Notes: generated by a model not told the origin, from the letters alone. Counted from the first letter of the stretch, positions 1-9,377 are shown. The stretch: 31,770 nucleotides of DNA from an uncultured Actinomycetes bacterium (GCA_903928395.1 CAIYQS010000103.1:1-31770); one strand, 5' to 3'. Made by a program: numbers and translations.

Positions 1-1328
1 ACTTCCATGATTTCGATTCCCGGAATTTTTAAATCAGATCCAGCAGGGACTATGGCGCGCTTAAAGCCGAGTCGAGCCGCCTCTGTAATGCGTTGGTGGA
101 CTCCTGTTACTTTTCTAATTTCTCCAGCTAGACCGACCTCACCAACCGCAACGAGATCCGCTGGTAGAGCGAGCCCTTTGGCGGCAGAGGCAACCGCAAG
201 TGCAACCGCTAAATCTGCCGTCGGTTCTGAAATTTTCATCCCGCCCACAGTTGCGACATAGATATCTCGACCGGACAAGCGAATCCCGGCGCGTAGTTCT
301 AGCACAGCCAAAGTCATCGAGGTTCGTGGATTATCTAATCCCGACGTTACGCGGCGTGCGTTTCCAAAATCTCTACCTTCTGCAACGGGGGCGCCTACCA
401 GGGCTTGGATTTCTGCTAGTAGAGGTCTGCGACCCTCGAGGGCGACGGTTACGCAGGTACCCGGGACAGGCTCGGTATGACGTGTCGTAAAAAGTCCAGT
501 TGGATCTGGCAGACCGATGATGCCTGAGTCCGACATATCAAAACAGCCAACTTCATCCGCTGCGCCGAAACGGTTCTTGGTTGAGCGAATTAAGCGAAGT
601 CTGGAATGTTTTTCACCTTCGAAAGTTAAAACCACATCAACTAAGTGCTCAAGGATCCGAGGACCGGCGATAGAACCATCCTTGGTTACATGACCTACCA
701 GCACCAAAGTGATGTTTCGTTCTTTGGTGATTCGAATGAGAGCCGCTGCGATTTCTCGAACTTGAGTAACTCCGCCGGGAGTTCCATCGACGGCGCTACT
801 CGATATCGTTTGAATAGAATCAATGATCAGGAGTTCTGGTTTAACGGAATCTATGTGCGAGATCACCGCGCTCAAATCATTTTCTGCGGCTAGCCAAAGC
901 TGTGGATCTATCGCGTTGAGCCGATCTGCTCGGATACGTATCTGAGACGTTGATTCTTCGCCACTTACATAGAGCGCCCGCATCTCCTTTTTTGCAGATT
1001 GCGCGGCGACTGAAAGAAGAAGAGTTGACTTTCCGACGCCCGGTTCACCCGTGAGCAATATTGCTGCCCCCGGAACTAACCCGCCACCAAGCACGCGATC
1101 GAGTTCATCCACTCCACTGGTCCGAGACTTTGCACTCTCGATATTTACCTCGCCAATCGGCATGGCTTGCTGTGAAACCTGACCCGCTACGAGTGATAAT
1201 TTTTTGGGAGCAGCTATCTCTTCGACGCTACCCCACGCTTGACACTCGCCACAACGCCCGACCCATTTGGTAGTGGTCCAACCGCATTCATTACAACGGA
1301 AGGGATCTTTAGCAGTGGCTTTGGCCAT
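1..1328 (-). CDS. radA: DNA repair protein RadA/Sms, 3' end cut by the window edge
   Basis: Not in the ORF track; translated by hand from ATG at 1328. N-terminal C4 zinc finger (MAKATAKDPFRCNECGWTTTKWVGRCGECQAWG), ELDRVLGGG, Walker A GEPGVGKSTLL, RSTKNRFG motif, and C-terminal ...PAGSDLKIPGIEIME at the edge. Confidence 0.96.
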   Translation of the reverse strand, partial: MAKATAKDPFRCNECGWTTTKWVGRCGECQAWGSVEEIAAPKKLSLVAGQVSQQAMPIGEVNIESAKSRTSGVDELDRVLGGGLVPGAAILLTGEPGVGKSTLLLSVAAQSAKKEMRALYVSGEESTSQIRIRADRLNAIDPQLWLAAENDLSAVISHIDSVKPELLIIDSIQTISSSAVDGTPGGVTQVREIAAALIRITKERNITLVLVGHVTKDGSIAGPRILEHLVDVVLTFEGEKHSRLRLIRSTKNRFGAADEVGCFDMSDSGIIGLPDPTGLFTTRHTEPVPGTCVTVALEGRRPLLAEIQALVGAPVAEGRDFGNARRVTSGLDNPRTSMTLAVLELRAGIRLSGRDIYVATVGGMKISEPTADLAVALAVASAAKGLALPADLVAVGEVGLAGEIRKVTGVHQRITEAARLGFKRAIVPAGSDLKIPGIEIME

Positions 1329-1334
1329 GATCTT

Positions 1335-2153
1335 TTACTTTTGTGCGCCGAGAGTTGCTGGATGGATGATGAAAAGTGGGAGCTCGCGTTTTTTGTTCTC
1401 TTTTGCTAAAAGTGCGATCGCCTCCATGCGAGCATCGCAGAATTTTTTAAGTTCCGCATATCCGGCTGGTCCCATCAATGCGATCAACTCATGGCTATTA
1501 GAAATATAGACGGGTTCACGACCAATGTGAGCTTCGGTATTTGCGGTGCAATACCAAGAAAAATCTGCACCTCCGTCACCCCAAGCTAAGCGCTCGTATT
1601 CACCAATAACCGTTACCGAAATTTCCTGCTCGCCAAATTCTCGAGTTTCAAAGGAACGTCGAATCGGAAGTTGCCAACAGACATCGGGTTTGGTTTCTAC
1701 AAAATGGATATTCTCTTTTTGCGCAAGATGATGAAGAACGCAACCAAAGCTTCCAGTGAAACCTGGAGCTTCGAAAGCTTTTCGATTGAGAAAGATGCAA
1801 GAATCCTCAACCTTGCGGGTCTTTCGATCACCATCAAGACCAACTTCTGAAATTCGCAAGACGTCTTTGGATTTCTTTGGTTGAGCTTCGGCAAAGTACT
1901 GCCACATTTCAGGAGTTAGTCGTGCCGCGACTTTAAGGGTTCGCGCTTCGTCATCCTCGTCAGAGTAGTAGGCGCCATCTGAGCAGCACCCCGCATCGGG
2001 CTTATCCGCGTCAATGCCACAGCAACCAGCGCCATAAATACACTGCCAATATGAAGTAAGCCAAGTGAGATCACACTTAAAGATTTCTTCGGGTTTAGCG
2101 GGGTCAGGGAACTCCACAAAGTCTCGTGCAAATCCATCTTTAACTTCAGGCAT
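1335..2153 (-). CDS. Conserved actinobacterial Cys-rich protein (DUF3109/CxxCxxCC-like, putative Zn or Fe-S binding)
   Basis: 272 aa with Cys clusters CIYGAGCCG, GCCSDG, CIFLN, GCVLH, KPDVCWQLP and WYCT; 6 nt upstream of radA on the same strand. Family name is from recall. Confidence 0.7.
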   Translation of the reverse strand: MPEVKDGFARDFVEFPDPAKPEEIFKCDLTWLTSYWQCIYGAGCCGIDADKPDAGCCSDGAYYSDEDDEARTLKVAARLTPEMWQYFAEAQPKKSKDVLRISEVGLDGDRKTRKVEDSCIFLNRKAFEAPGFTGSFGCVLHHLAQKENIHFVETKPDVCWQLPIRRSFETREFGEQEISVTVIGEYERLAWGDGGADFSWYCTANTEAHIGREPVYISNSHELIALMGPAGYAELKKFCDARMEAIALLAKENKKRELPLFIIHPATLGAQK

Positions 2154-2224
2154 AGTGCGAGAGCCTACTAGGACGAGCCTTGGGGTGAAGACTGAACTCC
2201 CATGGTCTTCACATCGCGATTGGC

Positions 2225-2230
2225 TAGGAT
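2225..2230 (+). promoter_or_regulatory. -10 hexamer, putative leaderless proC promoter
   Basis: TAGGAT, 7 nt before GTG 2238. Confidence 0.55.
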
Positions 2231-2237
2231 ATTGACT

Positions 2238-3050
2238 GTGACTGAGATCAATATCGAAAGCGCCCGAGTTGGGCTTATTGGAGTCGGCAATATGGGTGAA
2301 GCGCTCTTGGTTGCTTTGCTTAAAGCTGGTGCCCCGCCGTCCGCAATTAAATTTGCGGTGCGGCGTGAAACGCGTAGCGCGGAATTAGTCGAGAAGTACA
2401 AAATAACACCAGCAAGCATTACTGATATGGCACAAGCGAGTGATGTCCTGATGATCATTGTTAAGCCGCAGGATTTAGACCTTATTCTGGAAGCGGTACG
2501 ACCACATTTGAAAGATGGAGCACTTGTCATTTCATTTCTAGCCGGCAAAAAAATTGCCACACTATCCGCAGGATTGAATAGCAAGGCAATCGCCCGAGTT
2601 ATGCCAAACACCCCCACGCTTGTCGGTGCAGGCATGTCTATTGTTTCTTACGGTGCAGGCATTCGTTCCGATCAACGCGAGTACGTCGCGAAATTCCTCC
2701 AAGCCGCAGGCAAAAGCATTGAAGTCGAGGAAGTTTTGCAAGATGCAGCGGCTGCAACTAGTGGTTCTGGCCCCGCCTACTTTTTTGCTTTTGTTGAGGC
2801 GATGGTCAACGGTGCCGTGGACATGGGGATAGACCAAGTAACCGCCACCGAATTGGTGGTCCAAACCATTGTTGGAGCAGCGAAATTATTGGACGAATCT
2901 GGGAAGAGTGCAACAACCTTGCGAGAAAATGTCACAAGCCCCAAAGGTATGACCTATGAGGGACTAAAAGTCTTCTCGGAAGGCGGCTTAAATGACCTTG
3001 TGGTACGTGCGATGAACGCCGCTGCGGAACGTTCAAAAGGAATGGCGTGA
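2238..3050 (+). CDS. proC: Pyrroline-5-carboxylate reductase
   Basis: Rossmann GLIGVGNMG, IIVKPQ, RVMPNTP, SGSGPAY and VTSPKGMT motifs. Start moved from 2202 to the in-frame GTG at 2238, which has TAGGAT 7 nt upstream. Confidence 0.95.
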   Translation: MTEINIESARVGLIGVGNMGEALLVALLKAGAPPSAIKFAVRRETRSAELVEKYKITPASITDMAQASDVLMIIVKPQDLDLILEAVRPHLKDGALVISFLAGKKIATLSAGLNSKAIARVMPNTPTLVGAGMSIVSYGAGIRSDQREYVAKFLQAAGKSIEVEEVLQDAAAATSGSGPAYFFAFVEAMVNGAVDMGIDQVTATELVVQTIVGAAKLLDESGKSATTLRENVTSPKGMTYEGLKVFSEGGLNDLVVRAMNAAAERSKGMA

Positions 3051-3940
3051 GGCGAACTCTCTTTATTGCTACCGCGTTCGCACTCATGGTTGCAACACCC
3101 AGCTTTGCCGCTTTAAAAGTTCCGATCCCGCAACTGAAAGTTATTCCACTTTCTCCAACGGTCTCCACGAACCTTTCTGCTGGCGATGAAGTGCAACAAG
3201 TTCTGACAACTGCGGGCAACATTTTCTTGATCGGGACCGTTGAAACAACCTCCTCCGCTCTCATTACTTCACAGCCGTTGGGAAGTAGTGATGGCTTCGT
3301 CGTTGCCCTCGGTCCAAGTGGTACACACTTATGGGACCTCAGGCTTGGGACTGGCGGGGACGATGTTGCCACCGCGGGTTGCGCAGATTCTTCCGGAAAC
3401 ATATGGGTTGTCGGATCATCAGCGGTTTCCAGTGCAACTCCGGCGCCCGGGTTGAATCAATTCCAAATCTGGGAAATAAGTTCAGCCGGTGTACTCGAAA
3501 ATACCTATTCAAAGATTCTTCCAGATATCGATATTCCCACGTCGATAGTCCAAAAAGGCGCCAATTTCGTCGTCACTGGAAATTCAAGCAAACCTGGGTT
3601 TCCAACTTTTACCGCAACCGTTACTTCAGCGGGGAAAATAAGTGCACCTAAGAACTTAGCCACTCCAATTACCCCTGCACCTGGATTGTTGAGCGTTACC
3701 AGTGCTGCATACATTTGGCAGAATTTCGTGACAAAGCAAGCTATCGCCGGGGTAACAGGAATCCCAGCCCATCAAGCGACAACGGTTCTCATTGATAACA
3801 CACTCAAGACCCGAACGCTTAAGTCAGTCTTTTCAATTCAGGGAACTCCGGTGGCGCTCCGATATCAAGCCGGTATTGGAGTTGTCGCCCTTACTCAGTC
3901 GACGGACACCTATTTCTTAACGATTATCCATACGAAATAG
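3047..3940 (+). CDS. Secreted protein with SBBP-like beta-propeller repeats
   Basis: Signal peptide MRRTLFIATAFALMVATPSFA; blade-like segments DGFVVALGPSG-LW and DDVATAGCADSSGNIWVVGSS; 4-nt GTGA overlap with the proC stop. Confidence 0.6.
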   Translation: MRRTLFIATAFALMVATPSFAALKVPIPQLKVIPLSPTVSTNLSAGDEVQQVLTTAGNIFLIGTVETTSSALITSQPLGSSDGFVVALGPSGTHLWDLRLGTGGDDVATAGCADSSGNIWVVGSSAVSSATPAPGLNQFQIWEISSAGVLENTYSKILPDIDIPTSIVQKGANFVVTGNSSKPGFPTFTATVTSAGKISAPKNLATPITPAPGLLSVTSAAYIWQNFVTKQAIAGVTGIPAHQATTVLIDNTLKTRTLKSVFSIQGTPVALRYQAGIGVVALTQSTDTYFLTIIHTK

Positions 3941-3960
3941 TAAATGTCCCGCAGATTGGA

Positions 3961-6363
3961 TTAGGTGACCTTGAAGAGTTGTAACTTTCCACCGACTCCC
4001 ACCAGTGCGTAGCGAACCTTATTTATAGTAATCCAAGCAGCGCCTAAAGAATTAGTCATGGCCGAAGTGGTAACCAAAGAAACCGTTTGATCAGAGTCAT
4101 TGATTGCGCAGAGTCGATTCTGGCAATTAAATAGCGAGTGAATTCCGTCTGTGCTTAGCGGAGCCGTAGGTGTTCCATAAATGTCGGTACTTGCCGAAAT
4201 GACCGGTCCATTGTTAGTTATATCCATAATTCTTAGTTGATTAGGGTTAGGAATAGAAGTCCCACTTGCAGCCATCCACGTCCCACTGACATCACGTCCT
4301 ACTAGTGCTAGGGCAACGTCATAACCCGCTACCGCGACTTCATCCCCGTAGGAGTCAAGAACAGAATATTTCCAATCTTCAGCATAAGCGCTAGATCGAG
4401 TTGCAAGCCGAACTTCGCCTTGAAGTGCCAGTCGTTGCTGATTTACTTGAAGGATTGAGTCGTACAGGAGGTAAACGGTGCGTCCGATATTGAGAGCTTT
4501 GAGGTGAAAACCGACATCTCCGGTAGTTCGACCATTGAGTTGTGCATCGCCGTCGACAACTTGATATTCCCAATTGCCTATGGTTGCACCAAGTTGAACC
4601 GCGGCCAAAATTATACCTTCACTCTGATCGCGGTAGAAAATTTGTAATCCATCTGGGGTGTCTGCGCATGCGCTAGCCCCGCTAACATCACTCGCAGTTC
4701 TAACCCGATTTATATCGTTGTACTTAACTACGCTTGCTCCATTGCCATCGACGATCGTGAATTTCCAACTCTTGCCGTTGAATCCGGCGTATCGCAATTG
4801 CTTATTGGAGAGATCCGCGTACACAATATCTAATCGTTGATTTTTCCCTGCCGCAGATGTGCATACAGATACATAACCAGCAACATTGTCTTTTGTTCGA
4901 CCCCCGATTGTCGAATTACCATCAACGGTGCTGATTACCCAACTCTTACCGTTCCACCTCGCAAGTTTGAGGTCGCCGCTCTTACTGTCTGTATAAGCGA
5001 CCGTAGGAGCTCCTTGAAAGGTGGTTGTTGCAAGGTATTTAGCGTCGGAAGCTGGGTCTAAAACCGTTGCTTTCCAAGGTGCTTGCGGAAAAATCGCGTT
5101 ACTGGTCGCAGCAGGTGAGACTCCAAGTTGATTGCTTGCTGTAACAGAAAATGAATAATGCGATCCATTGACCAGTCCAGAAATAGTGATCGGGCTGGAA
5201 GTTGCCTGCACAACTTTGCCAGTTTCATTTACGGTAATCGCGTAAGAGGTAACTTGGGAAGTTCGCGCGTTATCTGGTGGATCAAAACTAACGATCGCTG
5301 ACTTATTTCCAACGATTGCAAACACGTTGCGCGGAATATCAGGGATTCCGACTGGAATACCAGCAGGCGGCTTGAGTCTCATGTCAGCCAGCATGGCTAG
5401 AACCAAAGGACCTGGCGTATGAAAGACCGCGCCTCCGGGCCAAGCGGGTGTCATGAGAGCATCAGGGCCACTTCCTTGAAAAGTGGTTTCATCGAGGTGG
5501 CTCACAGATGATCCCGGTTCATAGCGGCTCGGCGTATAGAGCACAGGCTTAATTCCATTGTTTGCAGCTATTCCGTTTTTGCCAGACCAAACCAGAGTAT
5601 TCTGCAAAGCAATTCCTAGAGAGATAGATGGTGACGCAAGATCCATCAGGCGTCCGCCATCAGCTGTTTGGGCGTAGGCGTCAAATGGAGTTGGTTGATC
5701 AATGCTCCCGTATTGTGAAAACGAATCAAAGGAATCATTCGATAAAAATCCCAAACCATGTGCGACTTCGTGCAAAATTATAGATTCAAGATCGTATTGA
5801 TTTGTTGGACAATTACCATCCGTACCCAAATAAAAAACGTTAGCCATCGTTGAATTGATATTGATTGAAATTTCGGGGTTTGCCGGATCCAAATCTTTTC
5901 CCGCTAGCGCGTTTGCCATCGCGGAGGAGTACCAAAGCGTTGAATCTGGGGCTCCCGCAAAATTGTGAAAAAAACTAACAGGAGATGCTGATGCCAAAAT
6001 TCCGGAGGTACCTTCAGGCACAAAATTTGCCACCACATTGACGGGAACCGATGAACTCCAGTTGTCCGACCAGGTATCTATTGCAGCTTGCACTGCTGTT
6101 TGTTCGGCGATCGGTACATTCGTATAGGTGACCTTGAAAGTACTCAGGAGGTTTACATGTTTTCCCTGAGGCGCGGCCGATGTTGATGCCACATGAGGAG
6201 CAGTTGCGGAACTAGAAGTAGAGGCAGCGGCACGATAAATGTCAACCCAAGGAGCTGGTACTTTTTCTAGAATTAAAGCTTGTGAAGGCGCGATCCCGCT
6301 GAGTAGTCCAAGGGAAAGAGAGAGCGCCGCGAGCGTGGCTTTAAGTAAATTTTGGGCGCGCAT
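3961..6363 (-). CDS. Secreted HExxH zinc metallopeptidase-like protein with an FN3 domain and C-terminal repeat propeller
   Basis: Signal peptide from ATG 6363 (MRAQNLLKATLAALSLSLGLLSGIAPSQA); ILHEVAHGLGF, SSVSHLDE and ALMTP; FN3 (PRNVFA...VSFDPP...YAIT...ITISGLVNGSHYSFSVTASNQLG); W-x4-5-(V/L)D repeats. The ORF-track start at 6438 would overlap the next gene. Confidence 0.75.
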   Translation of the reverse strand: MRAQNLLKATLAALSLSLGLLSGIAPSQALILEKVPAPWVDIYRAAASTSSSATAPHVASTSAAPQGKHVNLLSTFKVTYTNVPIAEQTAVQAAIDTWSDNWSSSVPVNVVANFVPEGTSGILASASPVSFFHNFAGAPDSTLWYSSAMANALAGKDLDPANPEISININSTMANVFYLGTDGNCPTNQYDLESIILHEVAHGLGFLSNDSFDSFSQYGSIDQPTPFDAYAQTADGGRLMDLASPSISLGIALQNTLVWSGKNGIAANNGIKPVLYTPSRYEPGSSVSHLDETTFQGSGPDALMTPAWPGGAVFHTPGPLVLAMLADMRLKPPAGIPVGIPDIPRNVFAIVGNKSAIVSFDPPDNARTSQVTSYAITVNETGKVVQATSSPITISGLVNGSHYSFSVTASNQLGVSPAATSNAIFPQAPWKATVLDPASDAKYLATTTFQGAPTVAYTDSKSGDLKLARWNGKSWVISTVDGNSTIGGRTKDNVAGYVSVCTSAAGKNQRLDIVYADLSNKQLRYAGFNGKSWKFTIVDGNGASVVKYNDINRVRTASDVSGASACADTPDGLQIFYRDQSEGIILAAVQLGATIGNWEYQVVDGDAQLNGRTTGDVGFHLKALNIGRTVYLLYDSILQVNQQRLALQGEVRLATRSSAYAEDWKYSVLDSYGDEVAVAGYDVALALVGRDVSGTWMAASGTSIPNPNQLRIMDITNNGPVISASTDIYGTPTAPLSTDGIHSLFNCQNRLCAINDSDQTVSLVTTSAMTNSLGAAWITINKVRYALVGVGGKLQLFKVT

Positions 6364-6399
6364 AGTGAAAAATCTTAGTCCTCTGAGAGGATAGTCTCC

Positions 6400-6642
6400 A
6401 TGCGCATAGTTCAAATCTACAGCCGGCATGGTTGTCATCTCTGCGAAATTGCTGTGAATGTCTTAGAAACCATGCAAAGCGAATTGAATTTCGAGATTGA
6501 AGAGATTTTCATTGATGGGAGCGCGGATCTCGAAAGTAAATACGGAGATCAAGTACCAGTAATTCAGATTGACCACGTACAACACGACTTCTTTGCTGTT
6601 GATCCAGTTCGATTTCGCAAAGCGATGGCTGCTAGAGACTAA
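6400..6642 (+). CDS. Glutaredoxin-like protein (DUF836/Rv0508-like)
   Basis: 80 aa; IYSRHGCHLCE CxxC motif and QVPVIQID cis-Pro motif. Confidence 0.88.
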   Translation: MRIVQIYSRHGCHLCEIAVNVLETMQSELNFEIEEIFIDGSADLESKYGDQVPVIQIDHVQHDFFAVDPVRFRKAMAARD

Positions 6643-6651
6643 TTAGCAAAC

Positions 6652-8301
6652 TCAATTGTCTTTTGAGAGAACCTCATCCGCATCAATAATCCGATAGGCA
6701 TACCCTTGCTCAGCCAAAAAGCGTTGTCGATTCTGCGCAAAATCTTGGTCAATCGTGTCACGTGCAACGAGTGAATAAAAGCGCGCGCTTCTGCCATCTG
6801 ATTTAGGACGGAGAATTCTTCCTAAACGTTGCGCTTCTTCTTGCCGAGATCCAAATGTTCCTGAAACTTGAATTGCGATAGTCGCGTCCGGAAGATCGAT
6901 GGAAAAGTTTGCAACTTTTGAAACCACTAAACATTTTATTTCCCCGCTGCGGTACAAATTAAATAGTCGCTCTCGTTCTTTGACGGGAGTGTCACCTTTA
7001 ATGACGGGGACTCCAAGTTCCTCACCTAAGGCATCGAGTTGATCGAGGTACTGGCCAATTACTAATACTTGATCATCCGCATGTTCGCGCGCCAAGGCAA
7101 CCGCCACTTTTCGTTTTGTGAGTGTTGTTGAACAGAAGCGGTATCGGTCTTCTTGCTCCGCCGTTGCATAATTCAATCGCTCTTCGTCGGTGAGAGTAAT
7201 TCGAACTTCGACGCAATCTGCCGGGGCAATATATCCTTGAGATTCAATCTCTTTCCATGGAACATCGAAACGCTTTGGGCCAATAAGAGAGAAAACCTCG
7301 CCTTCCATCCCGTCTTCACGAACTAACGTCGCCGTGAGTCCAAGTCGACGCCGAGATTGAATATCGGCGGTAAAGCGGAAAATTGGTGCCGGGAGCAGAT
7401 GAACTTCGTCGTAAATGATCAAGCCCCAGTCGATGGCATCAAATAAATCAAGGTGGGAGTAAACGCCTTTCCGACGCATCGTCATCACCTGATACGTTGC
7501 AATCGTTACGGGGCGAATCTCTTTTTTTGCACCTGAATACTCACCGATATCATCTTCATGGAGCGTGGTTCTGCGGAGTAATTCATCACGCCATTGCCGC
7601 GCTGCAACGGTATTGGTGACCAAAATAAGAGTTGTGGCTTTGGCATGTGCCATCGCTGCGGCTCCAACAATTGTTTTGCCAGCTCCACAGGGAAGCACAA
7701 CGACTCCCGAACCGCCGTGCCAAAAGCCTTCAGCAGCCATGGTTTGGTATTTGCGAATAGACCAGCCGTCTTCGCGGAGTGCTATTTCGTGATGTTGGCC
7801 GTCCACATAACCTGCGAAATCCTCTGCTGGCCAGCCAAGTTTTAAGAGAGCTTGCTTCAGAAAACCACGTTGTCCAGGATGGACAACGATTGTTTCGTCA
7901 TCAATTTGGAGGCCGAGCATTGGGGCGATCTTTTTACCTCGTGTAACTTCTCGAAGAACGGCAGGGTCGTTTGAAACCAATGTCAGTCCATGAACTGGGT
8001 GAGCCTCTAATCGAAGTCGTCCGTATCTGGACATAGTTTCTGCAACGTCCACCAACAAGGCATGCGGTACAGCAAAACGAGAATATTGGAGCAACGTGTC
8101 GATCACGTGTTCGGCATCTTGACCTGCTGCGCGCGCATTCCAGAGTCCAAGAGAAGTGAGTCGATAGGTGTGTATATGTTCCGGAGATTTTTCTAATTCG
8201 GCGAAGGATGCAATCGCACGCCGACACTCATCTGATTGCGGATGATCGATATCGAGGAGCAGGGTTTTGTCGCTTTGAACAATGAGGGGACCATCAACCA
8301 T
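6652..8301 (-). CDS. XPB/Ercc3-family superfamily 2 DNA helicase
   Basis: GVVVLPCGAGKT Walker A, DEVH, RRLGLTATLVREDG, SKVANFSIDLP and QRLGRILR; N-terminal helicase-associated domain; Rv0861c-like. Confidence 0.95.
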   Translation of the reverse strand: MVDGPLIVQSDKTLLLDIDHPQSDECRRAIASFAELEKSPEHIHTYRLTSLGLWNARAAGQDAEHVIDTLLQYSRFAVPHALLVDVAETMSRYGRLRLEAHPVHGLTLVSNDPAVLREVTRGKKIAPMLGLQIDDETIVVHPGQRGFLKQALLKLGWPAEDFAGYVDGQHHEIALREDGWSIRKYQTMAAEGFWHGGSGVVVLPCGAGKTIVGAAAMAHAKATTLILVTNTVAARQWRDELLRRTTLHEDDIGEYSGAKKEIRPVTIATYQVMTMRRKGVYSHLDLFDAIDWGLIIYDEVHLLPAPIFRFTADIQSRRRLGLTATLVREDGMEGEVFSLIGPKRFDVPWKEIESQGYIAPADCVEVRITLTDEERLNYATAEQEDRYRFCSTTLTKRKVAVALAREHADDQVLVIGQYLDQLDALGEELGVPVIKGDTPVKERERLFNLYRSGEIKCLVVSKVANFSIDLPDATIAIQVSGTFGSRQEEAQRLGRILRPKSDGRSARFYSLVARDTIDQDFAQNRQRFLAEQGYAYRIIDADEVLSKDN

Positions 8302-9371
8302 TAAATTAATTCCTTAATAAATTCCGCGATGAGCGAGATTCGATTAGGTACTCGACTGGCAAAGATATGCTCGTGCGCAGCATGGGCACCATAACCTGAC
8401 GCACCTAGGCCATCCAAGACTTTGCCACCAGCTGCTGCAGCGATGTTTCCGTCACTCGCGCCGCCCACACTCACATTTCCTACGGGTGCCATATTTAGCT
8501 TTTTAGCGGTTTCTTCAATCTTTTCGTATAACTCTTTCGTCGCTGCGTGTTCGAGTGGTGGACGGTTAATACCACCGCTGATCTCGATTCGGGCTTCTGG
8601 GTGCGCAGTCTGTAGTTGATGTATCGCCTGATCCACGCGCTGGAGTTCTGACATCAAAAACGATCGTGCATCAATGTCCAGAGTTGCAACAGCTGGAACC
8701 GTATTGGTGGTGGTTCCAGATTGCATAACAGTTGGAACCACGGTTGTGCCATGTTCTGGATTTTCTAGCGACGCCAGAGCCAAAACGACTCGAGCTATTT
8801 CTGTCGTTGCGTTAATTCCTTTTTCGGGTTCAAGTCCAGCGTGAGCGGCTCGCCCGTGGAGTTCAATGCGATACATCGAAGTCCCTTTGCGACCGATTTT
8901 TACCGAGTCATCGATAGAAGATTCGAAGACGAGGGTGGCATCTGCAGATCTTGCCAGTTGTTCTATTAACGGCCGGGAGGCGTGCGAACCGATCTCTTCG
9001 TCAGTCGTTCCAACGAGTGCAACCTTCTCAAAAGCATCGGGTATCTCTTTTAAGGCATACATGGCTTGGAGAAATCCGGCTTTCATATCGAAAATCCCAG
9101 GTCCAAAAATCTGATCCCCTTCAATTCGCCAGAGCGGAAGGTAGGAATCTATTGGCCAGACGGTATCTAGATGACAGAGGAGTACGACCCGTGGATCTTT
9201 AGCGCCCCACCAAAATACTGGTCTGCCTCCCTCGGTCAAGATTTGGGCATCGTGCGGAAGGTTGTCAGCACATATTTCTAGCGCGAGTGTGACTACATCT
9301 GTACATGCAGAAATATCTTCACTGGGGGATTGGCACTCCACGAGTTTTTGGAGATCAGAGAGGAATGTCAT
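8301..9371 (-). CDS. M20-family metallopeptidase (carboxypeptidase G2-like)
   Basis: HLDTVW, GIFDMKAG, DEEIGS, GASDGN and GAHAAHE metal-binding motifs; TAATG 1-nt overlap with the XPB start. Confidence 0.9.
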   Translation of the reverse strand: MTFLSDLQKLVECQSPSEDISACTDVVTLALEICADNLPHDAQILTEGGRPVFWWGAKDPRVVLLCHLDTVWPIDSYLPLWRIEGDQIFGPGIFDMKAGFLQAMYALKEIPDAFEKVALVGTTDEEIGSHASRPLIEQLARSADATLVFESSIDDSVKIGRKGTSMYRIELHGRAAHAGLEPEKGINATTEIARVVLALASLENPEHGTTVVPTVMQSGTTTNTVPAVATLDIDARSFLMSELQRVDQAIHQLQTAHPEARIEISGGINRPPLEHAATKELYEKIEETAKKLNMAPVGNVSVGGASDGNIAAAAGGKVLDGLGASGYGAHAAHEHIFASRVPNRISLIAEFIKELI

Positions 9372-9377
9372 GGGTTA

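Noticed and set aside
2930-2960. ProC motif variant SPKGMT instead of SPGGTT
   Set aside because: Small substitution with all other motifs intact; no evidence of changed function.
2168-3402. Antisense ORFs of 155, 100 and 156 aa over proC and the next gene
   Set aside because: Shadows of the supported + strand genes.
6364-6438. N-terminal extension of the peptidase ORF to 6438
   Set aside because: It overlaps the glutaredoxin gene; the signal peptide and a -10 element fit ATG 6363.
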